63,190 bases of DNA, taken from Deltaproteobacteria bacterium (GTDB taxonomy: Bacteria; JAMCPX01). This document shows positions 1 to 7,200 of the stretch, piece after piece (within the stretch, counting starts at the first letter, position 1; the number at the start of each line of letters is the position of its first letter). Location of the stretch: NCBI GenBank assembly GCA_023381995.1, contig JAMCVD010000036.1:450-63639 (forward strand), given 5' to 3'. The notes beneath the pieces are model-generated. The model saw only the letters and a list, made by a program, of their open reading frames with translations, made no database searches and was not told the origin of the DNA. Both the position numbers and the translations under genes were made by a program.

Positions 1-64
1 AGCAACAGTAACAAAAGGCGGGTCTAAATTGGTTGTTTACCTGTCATTCATTAAGATAGTGTAG
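1..64 (+). CDS. 3' end of a gene cut by the window edge. It is a paralogue of the zinc-ribbon protein at 519..1097.
   Basis: Frame 2 reads ATVTKGGSKLVVYLSFIKIV-stop (TAG at 62..64). This is near-identical to the C-terminus TATVTKDGSKLVVDLSFIKIV of the minus-strand ORF 519..1097. Confidence 0.5.
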   Translation, partial: ATVTKGGSKLVVYLSFIKIV

Positions 65-79
65 CCATTAGATATACCC
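1..79. repeat. Left arm of a 79-bp inverted repeat (partner at 504..582)
   Basis: The reverse complement of 504..582 matches 1..79 with 2 mismatches by eye. The arms are the 3' ends of two convergent paralogous genes. Confidence 0.85.
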
Positions 80-96
80 ATAATAACAACCTCCTC

Positions 97-134
97 AACT
101 TCTCAGTTGGGAGTGAACTTCACAGCTGAGAAGT
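97..134. promoter_or_regulatory. Palindromic element AACTTCTCAG-N18-CTGAGAAGTT containing the internal palindrome GTGAACTTCAC. It may be an operator or a hairpin terminator.
   Basis: The 10-bp arms are perfect. The same arms recur at 1232..1254 with a 3-nt spacer. Confidence 0.45.
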
Positions 135-205
135 TCACTTCCTGTAATCTTATACCTTCCTTATGCACAGCACATCCTTTGTCAGGCTCTGGTCCTATTT
201 CTCAT

Positions 206-385
206 TTAAAACAATAATAGAACTATGACTCCGCCCATGATGAATAATACCACATGCCTTAAAACCATAAAGGTGATTATTACAAATTCTCCTCTGCGAG
301 CCGGGCGTATCAGGATTGCATACCAAAGGGCCCAGAATGCCGCATAGGCTATAATCGCATACAGGAATAAATGCATCAGGTGCAT
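206..385 (-). CDS. Small two-TM membrane protein (59 aa, MHLMHLFLYAIIAYAAFWALWYAIL...)
   Basis: A strong SD (AAGGAGG) lies 6 nt upstream of the ATG at 385. The sequence is hydrophobic. The 82-aa track ORF is probably an N-terminal over-extension. Confidence 0.45.
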   Translation of the reverse strand: MHLMHLFLYAIIAYAAFWALWYAILIRPARRGEFVIITFMVLRHVVLFIMGGVIVLLLF

Positions 386-503
386 AATAACCTCCTTACA
401 TTTTAATTTTTTTCCCTTTAGTACCAACATTGTATCAAATGGCACTGACAGCATTATGTCCGTTTAATAGTATTATCCATTTATAATATTCTTCAAATTA
501 TTA

Positions 504-582
504 GGGTATATCTAATGGCTACACTATCTTAATGAATGACAGGTCAACAACCAATTTAGACCCGTCTTTTGTTACTGTTGCT
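504..582. repeat. Right arm of the 79-bp inverted repeat (partner at 1..79)
   Basis: See partner. gggtatatctaatggctacactatcttaatgaatgacaggtcaacaaccaatttagacccgtcttttgttactgttgct. Confidence 0.85.
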
Positions 583-1097
583 GTTTTCTTGTTAATCCTC
601 TTTACAGTACCTAACCCATAAAGCCCGGTATCAACTTCCATACCGGGCTTTAAAACAGCTTTAATTGCATCTCTTTGTAGCTGCCGTTCCCGTTCTGCAT
701 CACCTTTAACCCTTACATGTCTTAGGCTTGATGCCTTGTCCTCAAACTCCTTTGCTATCTCAATGTTCTGGTATGCTTTTCTTTCCTGTTTAAGGATCCG
801 TTCCCTGAAGGGGAGGTACCCAGGCTGGGTACAGAAGGCGATATCTGTAGTGAATGGTTTGTTATGTTCTATGACAGCATGAGCTTTATCCCGTCGTTTC
901 TTTGCCCATTGCTCATATTTATCAGCCTTTCGATCTGCCCTTGCTTGCCGGTATTGCCGTATTTCCTCAACGTCCTTTGGCTCACATCCTATGCAGAAAA
1001 TACCTGTTGTTTTCTCATACATCGCTTCTGTTCCAACTTCCAAGGTAGCATGACATTTATGACATTCTCCAGCATACTTCACTGTAATTTTACGCAT
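519..1097 (-). CDS. Hypothetical zinc-ribbon protein (CxxC...CxxC N-terminus, charged coiled middle), possibly DUF3560-like and typical of plasmid/phage cargo
   Basis: 192-aa ORF in AT-rich DNA. The N-terminus GECHKCH...CIGCEP has two Cys pairs. A paralogue fragment lies at 1..64. Confidence 0.6.
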   Translation of the reverse strand: MRKITVKYAGECHKCHATLEVGTEAMYEKTTGIFCIGCEPKDVEEIRQYRQARADRKADKYEQWAKKRRDKAHAVIEHNKPFTTDIAFCTQPGYLPFRERILKQERKAYQNIEIAKEFEDKASSLRHVRVKGDAERERQLQRDAIKAVLKPGMEVDTGLYGLGTVKRINKKTATVTKDGSKLVVDLSFIKIV

Positions 1098-1195
1098 CGT
1101 ATTTCTCCTTACAATGAACTTATATGACGAGATATTTCTAACCTTATCTTAGAAATATCTTGCTTCTTTTGACCCATTCATCCTTCTCGGAACCT

Positions 1196-1255
1196 AGAAG
1201 TTCAGAACTTCCCAGTTTAGAAGTTCGTTTGAACTTCTCAGTGTCTGAGAAGTTC
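1196..1255. promoter_or_regulatory. Array of five GAAGTTC/GAACTTC heptamers in alternating orientation, in the divergent intergenic region. Candidate operator for the RHH protein.
   Basis: agaagttcagaacttc ... agaagttcgtttgaacttctcagtgtctgagaagttc. A TTGACT-N17-TAATAC promoter-like pair follows at about 1264..1292. Confidence 0.5.
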
Positions 1256-1303
1256 AAACCTATTGACTTCACTACCTATTATTTGTAATACAAATATTAA
1301 ACT

Positions 1304-1516
1304 TTGTCAAGGCCCTTTTTTATGGCAAAAGATACTAAAATTATTGAATCTAAACGATCCCGTGGTCGTCCCTCCTTACCAGAGATGGACAAAAAGACCT
1401 ATTTAATTTCACTACGGCTCACAAAAGAAGAAAGAGATATCTACCAGGCCAAAGCTACTAAAGCCGGATTATCTCTTTCACAATGGATTCGGAAAAGCCT
1501 TAAAAGGATGAAATGA
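1304..1516 (+). CDS. Ribbon-helix-helix (CopG/MobC-like) DNA-binding protein. The ATG at 1322 is an alternative start to the TTG at 1304.
   Basis: The pattern KKTYLISLRLTKEERDIYQAKATKAGLSLSQWIRKSL is a typical RHH beta-strand/helix/helix. Confidence 0.6.
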   Translation: MSRPFFMAKDTKIIESKRSRGRPSLPEMDKKTYLISLRLTKEERDIYQAKATKAGLSLSQWIRKSLKRMK

Positions 1517-1686
1517 GCATATAGACATTATTCCCTGATACCTAGCCTGCCAAACGCTCACTTATAGGACCCTATAATTACCGATCAACTAAATAACTCT
1601 GCTAATAAGATCATCCACAATTGCCTATTTTTACCCGGAATTGATCAATGACTTCGTGGACAATATACCTACAATCTATTTATGAA

Positions 1687-1794
1687 TTATATGCTTAATA
1701 ACTCTAATTTCTTAATTACAAGACGTACACAAATAATTCCGACAATTGCCATAATCGCTATTTTAAAACAAAAGATAATTAGATCCCAATTCAT
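1687..1794 (-). CDS. Candidate 35-aa hydrophobic peptide (MNWDLIIFCFKIAIMAIVGIICVRLVIKKLELLSI)
   Basis: GAGGAGG SD 6 nt upstream of the ATG. Single TM-like segment. Below the ORF-track size cut-off. Confidence 0.3.
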   Translation of the reverse strand: MNWDLIIFCFKIAIMAIVGIICVRLVIKKLELLSI

Positions 1795-2879
1795 ATAACC
1801 TCCTCGTTATATTCTTTCATGGCATTCAAATAATTCTAATTATAATAGAATTACATCATCAGGACAAACAATCAATTATGTATTTATTCATAAATGCAAT
1901 AAGGCTGATGATAGCTATTATGATGACCATACCCCGGATATTGTATTTAATTACCATCTTTAATAATTATTACCTTTTTGAGCAGTATCTATAATTCTCT
2001 ATTTCGAAATTCCATAAATAATACAATGACCTAATAGGGTAATTAATTTATGAATTAATTATCCAGTAATCTCATTGAGATTTATAGATTTGCATCATTC
2101 CAATTAATTACAAGAAGTATACAATTAAAGTAATTCGGTCCTAATTCTTTTTACGACCTGTTTAATTACGATAGTCTTTAATTCCTATCTTCCTTTATGG
2201 TACGAAGATAATTCTAATTACTCCCAGGGTATTATATTAAATGGCCAATTCCTCAATTAATTCCCAATCTAATTATGCTTTCCTATCCCAGATCCGTATA
2301 TCCATCCCGAACTGAGCTCATATATCACCTTCCCCTAGGCCTTCAGGAACGATTTCTGTCATTATGGACGTCCTAAGCTGCCGGTCCATGCCCTGTATTG
2401 CGTGAAAAATGCCTCATTGGCCAATGAATTAGCTCCTAGACAGATATCTATTCATTAAGCTACTTAAAAGCCTTAATTTGCGTTCCTGGTTGATTTAGCC
2501 CCTACCATGGAGATGCATGTCTGCATCGGCATATCATCCAATAGTTTTAGGGCTTCAATATTAATTCATAGCTTATCAAAAATAAACCTTTGGATTCTTA
2601 TTTAATACCATATTGAATAAATTCCTTTTATTAATACCTGTAGCATTAATAATAATAGATAGGTGAACGGTAATTAGAATACAATAAATTTCTCATAAAG
2701 TCCTATGGCAAATCCATGTAAAAGAAATAAGTAAGTAGAGATATAGTAATACAAATATGTAATGGTTATCCCCCTTCTAGAATATGACTACATTTAATGT
2801 AGTGCTCGGGAATAAGCCACTAATGCGAGTTTGCCGCTTTCATGCCAGTTAACGTAAATGAAAGGGTATTCCAAATTAT

Positions 2880-2927
2880 GTAGCACAAAGCGATTTGTGC
2901 TACATATAATATAGCACAACGAGTGCT
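2880..2927. promoter_or_regulatory. Two operator-like palindromes sharing TAGCACAA and flanking a TATAAT hexamer
   Basis: GTAGCACAAA-gcga-TTTGTGCTAC at 2880..2903, TATAAT at 2905..2910, AGCAC-aacga-GTGCT at 2913..2927. Confidence 0.4.
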
Positions 2928-3098
2928 CTCAAATCTATTTTCCTCTTATCAATATCCTTAAAGTTTCTATAGTGGATCTATATTTCAAAAAAGCATTGGC
3001 TTGCGTATGATTATTTTATTGATCTCAAGGATTCTTGTATTTCCTATGCCTCCATCTCTTATAACAGGGACCTATTACCTATAATTATACATAGTATT

Positions 3099-3120
3099 TG
3101 TGGCTGTTTTGTGGCTGTTT
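3099..3120. repeat. Tandem 11-bp direct repeat TGTGGCTGTTT x2, close to the tmRNA 3' junction
   Basis: Read directly. It could be an arm-type recombinase site of the adjacent AT-rich element. Confidence 0.4.
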
Positions 3121-3237
3121 ATAAGCCAAAAATATCTAAAGTTTTACTTTTAATTACAAACATACTAAAACCCGCTAATGCAGGTCTGCAAAGGATTTGC
3201 TAGTAATCAGCCTCAAAAATCAAGACCTTATAAAGAA

Positions 3238-3584
3238 TGGAGGCGGCGGGAGTTGAACCCGCGTCCACAACTATTTTCACCTCTGGCACTACATGTTTAT
3301 CCTGTGTTCAAATGTTCGCTGTCTTCATCCCACGGGCAGGACTCTGACAGCTATTCCATTTGGGGTGCGACCTTGGGTTAAACGGAACAAATCCCCGAAA
3401 TCGCCTTGCTGAAAGGTTTATTGTTGAGACAGCCCGCAAGGTGGCCGTATCAACTCAGCTGCTTTTAATTAAGCAGCGAGTGCGTAGTCGTTTGCGACTA
3501 GTTTTTTCCATCCTTTTAACGAGTAGATGGGACCTCGACATGCACCAAAAGGTTATCTTAGCCGTGTCGAAACCCTTCGCCCCC
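3238..3584 (-). ncRNA. ssrA: tmRNA (SsrA), one-piece. The encoded tag is ANDYALAA.
   Basis: The 5' end GGGGGCGAAGGGTTTCGACACGG pairs with the 3' end GGACGCGGGTTCAACTCCCGCCGCCTCCA, including the G3:U wobble of the acceptor stem. The tag ORF GCA AAC GAC TAC GCA CTC GCT GCT TAA lies at 3469..3495. smpB is directly upstream. Confidence 0.92.
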
Positions 3585-3639
3585 ATTGGGCTCACTGTTT
3601 TATTACACTATTCTTCACGGTATTCGTAAAGACGCCTGT

Positions 3640-4113
3640 CTATTTCAGGCTGCGTCTCTGCTCTCTATCCATGTCTTTCTTCTTGATTTGCTCGCGTTTA
3701 TCAAAGAGCTTTCTGCCTTTGGCAATTGCAAATTCGAGCTTTGCCAGGCCTTTTTTAAAATATACACGTGTTGGCACTAAAGTAAAGCCCTTTTCCTTAA
3801 CCTTACCGGTCAATTTGTCTATCTCCGATCGGTTGAGCAGCAGTTTTCTTGTCCGGGTCGGATCATACCGCTCTGAAGTCATGTGGCTGTACGGCGATAT
3901 GTGCGCACCGACCAGAAAAACCTCATTATTTTTTACCATTACATAACTATCCCGTATATTCATAGCACCTGCTCTCAGGGACTTGACCTCATAGCCTTTA
4001 AGTACAAGGCCTGCTTCATAGCGGTCGTACAGCTCATAGTTATGCGATGCAATCCTGTTTATTGATATTTGTTTTGTGTGATCGGTGTCCGGCATAGAAA
4101 CAGTATATATCAT
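3640..4113 (-). CDS. smpB: SsrA-binding protein SmpB
   Basis: 157 aa with SmpB hallmarks (NRIASHNYELYDRYEAGLVLKGYEVKSLR ... RKLLLNRSEIDKL). AAGGAG SD. Adjacent to ssrA. Confidence 0.95.
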   Translation of the reverse strand: MIYTVSMPDTDHTKQISINRIASHNYELYDRYEAGLVLKGYEVKSLRAGAMNIRDSYVMVKNNEVFLVGAHISPYSHMTSERYDPTRTRKLLLNRSEIDKLTGKVKEKGFTLVPTRVYFKKGLAKLEFAIAKGRKLFDKREQIKKKDMDREQRRSLK

Positions 4114-4189
4114 TTCTCCTTTAAAACAAAGAGTCCGTGCATATAGTTGTTAAAGAGGTACACTGTTTTATACAGATTAGACATTTTAC

Positions 4190-4225
4190 TTGACAATATT
4201 TTATATTAGATTATAATCATTATAA
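4190..4225 (+). promoter_or_regulatory. Sigma-70 type promoter (TTGACA-N16-TATAAT) overlapped by a perfect 7-1-7 Per box, TTATAATCATTATAA
   Basis: TTGACA at 4190..4195, TATAAT at 4212..4217, palindrome at 4211..4225. The perR ATG at 4228 has no SD, so the mRNA is probably leaderless. Confidence 0.7.
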
Positions 4226-4227
4226 TT

Positions 4228-4644
4228 ATGAATGAGAAAATAAAAAAATATAAACTGCTCAATATAAAATTGACCCCGCAGAGGCTGGCGATACTTGATT
4301 ACCTCGAGGGAAACAGGATGCACCCTTCGGTAGAGCAGATATACAAACATGTTTCCCGGCGTTTTCCCTCCATGTCGTATGCAACGGTTTACAATGTCGT
4401 GAATACACTGGTTAAGCATAAGGTGGTCAAAGAGCTTTCCATCGATCCGGATAAAAAAAGGTTCGATCCGGATATGCATACGCATCATCACATGGTATGC
4501 ATCAAATGTAAAAAAATCATGGATATAGATATCGACTATTCGCTTCATGTCCCCGAGCAGGTACTTGAGGGATTTACCTTAATGGGCAATCATATAGAAT
4601 TCTACGGGATATGCGCACAGTGCAGGGGGAAGGACAAAGATTGA
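4228..4644 (+). CDS. perR: Fur-family peroxide-responsive repressor (PerR-like)
   Basis: Fur-family fold signature (TPQRLAILDYL, HHHMVC..C, C-terminal CxxC). First gene of an operon with peroxiredoxin and SOD. A Per box sits in its own promoter. Confidence 0.85.
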   Translation: MNEKIKKYKLLNIKLTPQRLAILDYLEGNRMHPSVEQIYKHVSRRFPSMSYATVYNVVNTLVKHKVVKELSIDPDKKRFDPDMHTHHHMVCIKCKKIMDIDIDYSLHVPEQVLEGFTLMGNHIEFYGICAQCRGKDKD

Positions 4645-4673
4645 AGCAATGTTATTAAAAAAGGAGGAACAGT

Positions 4674-5276
4674 ATGGAAACCTTGAGGATTGGTCAAAAG
4701 GTCCCGGAGTTCGAACTGGACACCTACGAGCCCCAGGAAGGCAGGTACGGCAGGTTCAATTTGAGGGATGCGATAGCAAAGAAGCAGTGGACGATACTCG
4801 TGTTCTATCCAGCGGACTTTACATTCGTCTGTCCAACGGAGCTGTCGGACCTCGCTGAGAGGCAGAAAGAGTTCAGGGACATGGGATGCGATATCGTGTC
4901 CGTAAGCACGGACACCAAGTTCGTTCACCTTGCGTGGCAGCTCCAGGAAAAGCTGTTGGACAAGGTAAAATACCATATGGGCGCAGACCCGAACGGCTCC
5001 CTGTCAAGGATGTTCGGCGTGTACGATGAAAACAGCGGGCTCGCATTCAGGGGCACTTTCATCATAAGCCCCGACGGAACCATCGTCAGCACCGAGGTCA
5101 ATCTCAACAATGTCGGAAGGAACGCGGACGAGCTTGTGAGAAAGGTGAGTGCGTTTATCTATGTACGGGAGCATCCCGAAGAGGTGTGTCCTGCAAAATG
5201 GAAGCCAGGGGCAAGGACCCTGAAGCCGGACGAGTCGCTGGTCGGCAACGTCTATAAAAAAGTACAAAACAAATAA
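4674..5276 (+). CDS. Typical 2-Cys peroxiredoxin (AhpC/Prx1 family)
   Basis: FYPADFTFVCPTEL peroxidatic Cys motif and VCPAKW resolving Cys. AGGAGG SD. Confidence 0.92.
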   Translation: METLRIGQKVPEFELDTYEPQEGRYGRFNLRDAIAKKQWTILVFYPADFTFVCPTELSDLAERQKEFRDMGCDIVSVSTDTKFVHLAWQLQEKLLDKVKYHMGADPNGSLSRMFGVYDENSGLAFRGTFIISPDGTIVSTEVNLNNVGRNADELVRKVSAFIYVREHPEEVCPAKWKPGARTLKPDESLVGNVYKKVQNK

Positions 5277-5290
5277 AGGAGGTATGGGAA

Positions 5291-5869
5291 ATGGCGTACA
5301 GTGCAAAGGACTATGGCAGGTTAATAGGGATCAAGGGGTTGAGCGAGCAGCTTTTGAAAAATCATTTCACCCTCTATCAGGGCTATGTAGCGAACACCAA
5401 CAAGGTCATCGATACCCTGAATGCGATGTTCAAAGAGGGTAAGTCTGCCGCACCGGAGTATGCGGAACTGAAGAGAAGACTGGGGTGGGAGTTCAACGGC
5501 ATGAGGCTCCATGAGCTTTACTTCGAGAACCTCGGCGGCAAAGAGCCCATCGACAGGGGCGGCAGGCTCGGCAAGAAACTGGTGGAGAGTTTCGGGAGCA
5601 TAGAGAACTGGGAAAAAGAGTTCAGGACGGTGGGAGCAATGAGAGGCATAGGATGGGCCATCCTCTATCAGGACAACACAAACGGCAATCTTATAAATTT
5701 CTGGATCAACGAGCATGACGCAGGCCACCCGTCGGGCTGTACGCCGGTCCTCATCATGGATGTATTCGAGCACGCCTTCATGCTTGACTATGGACTGAAG
5801 AGGGCGGACTACATTGAGGCCTTCTTCAAGAAGATAGACTGGTCCTCCGTGGGATCAAGGCTAAAGTAA
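5291..5869 (+). CDS. Fe/Mn-family superoxide dismutase (divergent subgroup)
   Basis: The C-terminal DVFEHAFMLDYG motif corresponds to DxWEHAYY. Conserved His residues are present in the N-domain. Confidence 0.8.
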   Translation: MAYSAKDYGRLIGIKGLSEQLLKNHFTLYQGYVANTNKVIDTLNAMFKEGKSAAPEYAELKRRLGWEFNGMRLHELYFENLGGKEPIDRGGRLGKKLVESFGSIENWEKEFRTVGAMRGIGWAILYQDNTNGNLINFWINEHDAGHPSGCTPVLIMDVFEHAFMLDYGLKRADYIEAFFKKIDWSSVGSRLK

Positions 5870-5893
5870 TCTTCCTGGACACAGCAAGGCTTC

Positions 5894-5923
5894 GGGCAGG
5901 ATGTCCGCGAAGACGTCCTGCCC
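5894..5923. terminator. Bidirectional stem-loop between the convergent SOD and HD-GYP genes
   Basis: gggcaggatgtc-cgcgaa-gacgtcctgccc (11 of 12 bp pair), followed by a short T-rich run. Confidence 0.5.
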
Positions 5924-5924
5924 T

Positions 5925-6605
5925 TCACTTCAAGGTCAATGACTTGTGAAAATCAAGCGAGAGCACCGCATCGTCGAAATGCACGATGTCCTTGCGCATA
6001 TAGAAGCCCGTTATCTCTTCGGAGTCCAGAAGTGCGTTTACGAGTATAGGATCGAGGCCCCGGCCGGACATGTCCATTATGGTATCTATCGCTGTATCGA
6101 TGGTAGAGGCATCCCTATACGGTGCGTCGCTGGTCACCGTATCAAAGACCTCTGCCAGATAGAGTATCCTTCCCTGGAGGCTGATCTGCTCGCCCCTCAG
6201 GCCGAGAGGATAGCCGGTACCGTCGAAAGTCTCATGGTGCTGTGCGACTGCCTTTACGATCTCGTCGGGCAAATTGATAAAATCCAGCATCCTTGCTCCG
6301 ATGTCAGGATGGGCCTTGACGATCCTGTATTCGTCCGCAGACAGTCGTGCCGGCTTATCGAGTATAGCGTCGTTAACGGCAGACAGTCCCACGTCATGCA
6401 GGAGGCCGGCCATCTGTACATATCTGACCTGCCGCCTGGACATGCCGATAGTATCGGCGAGTATGGCGGAATAGATACCGACCCTCACAGAGTGGCAGTA
6501 CCGTCTCCTCGACCGTGCGGACAGGACTGTGTTGAGGAGCCTCATCAAAGATTTCAGCTTTATCGGATCGCTGATCGAGCTACTGTAGAGAGTGAATTTT
6601 ATCAT
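5925..6605 (-). CDS. HD-GYP domain protein (probable c-di-GMP phosphodiesterase)
   Basis: HDVGL and HHETFDGTGYP motifs. Confidence 0.85.
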   Translation of the reverse strand: MIKFTLYSSSISDPIKLKSLMRLLNTVLSARSRRRYCHSVRVGIYSAILADTIGMSRRQVRYVQMAGLLHDVGLSAVNDAILDKPARLSADEYRIVKAHPDIGARMLDFINLPDEIVKAVAQHHETFDGTGYPLGLRGEQISLQGRILYLAEVFDTVTSDAPYRDASTIDTAIDTIMDMSGRGLDPILVNALLDSEEITGFYMRKDIVHFDDAVLSLDFHKSLTLK

Positions 6606-6770
6606 CTGGAACTCCTTTTTTCGGTTGGATAGGGCAGGCGGATCCTGCGCTTGAGGAAGTTGTGCGATATGCGTGGATGACCGGCGGACAAACGGGCGTG
6701 TACAATTTTACAGAGAGAAGGCACTCATTGAAAGGACACGGACAGGAAAAGCAATCGGTACGGCAGGTCA

Positions 6771-7142
6771 CTAACATCGTATGACCTTTCTTTTTATAAG
6801 ATGACAGGAATATCCCATTTCGGCATGGATGGGGACTCTGTCAGGAACAAACACGGAATGTGCGGGTAGCGCGCCGAAGGACGCCGGGCCTGTCATGGGA
6901 TTATAGTCGCTTATCGCATCGTAGCTGTTTATATCGTCCACATCGGCGAGGGTGGATTCCGGATTCGACGACTTGTGCTTCTCGATCTGCCTGCCGAAGA
7001 GATGGTATACCGAGATCGCATCGAACGTGGTACCTGCAGAGCCCATAGCATTGGTAAGACTCAGCACTGCCATCACTATTATTACCGTCAGCCTTATTGA
7101 GAAGCCAATCCTTTTATTCACGATTGTCTGCCGCGCCCGCAT
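6771..7142 (-). CDS. Hypothetical secreted protein
   Basis: 123-aa ORF with a signal-peptide-like N-terminus (RLTVIIVMAVLSLTNAMG). I recognise no family. Confidence 0.4.
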   Translation of the reverse strand: MRARQTIVNKRIGFSIRLTVIIVMAVLSLTNAMGSAGTTFDAISVYHLFGRQIEKHKSSNPESTLADVDDINSYDAISDYNPMTGPASFGALPAHSVFVPDRVPIHAEMGYSCHLIKRKVIRC

Positions 7143-7200
7143 GGCATTATGAATAGTTGTCGTATTGGCTCCGTGTCAAGAGTTTCTTGTACCTACGTAT

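Noticed and set aside
2290-2600. Possible decayed integrase or replication gene in the AT-rich segment
   Set aside because: Translating the minus strand by eye in the reading frames I tried gave only short stop-riddled stretches. No tyrosine-recombinase (R..H..R..Y) or other motifs were recognisable.
3238-3275. tRNA-like T-arm/acceptor sequence, which could suggest a tRNA gene
   Set aside because: It is the tRNA-like 3' domain of tmRNA. The matching 5' acceptor strand is 346 nt away and a tag reading frame lies between them.
3178-3946. Plus-strand ORFs 3178..3381, 3360..3629, 3527..3946 and 3586..3780
   Set aside because: They lie on the complement of the tmRNA gene and of smpB, so they are not independent genes.
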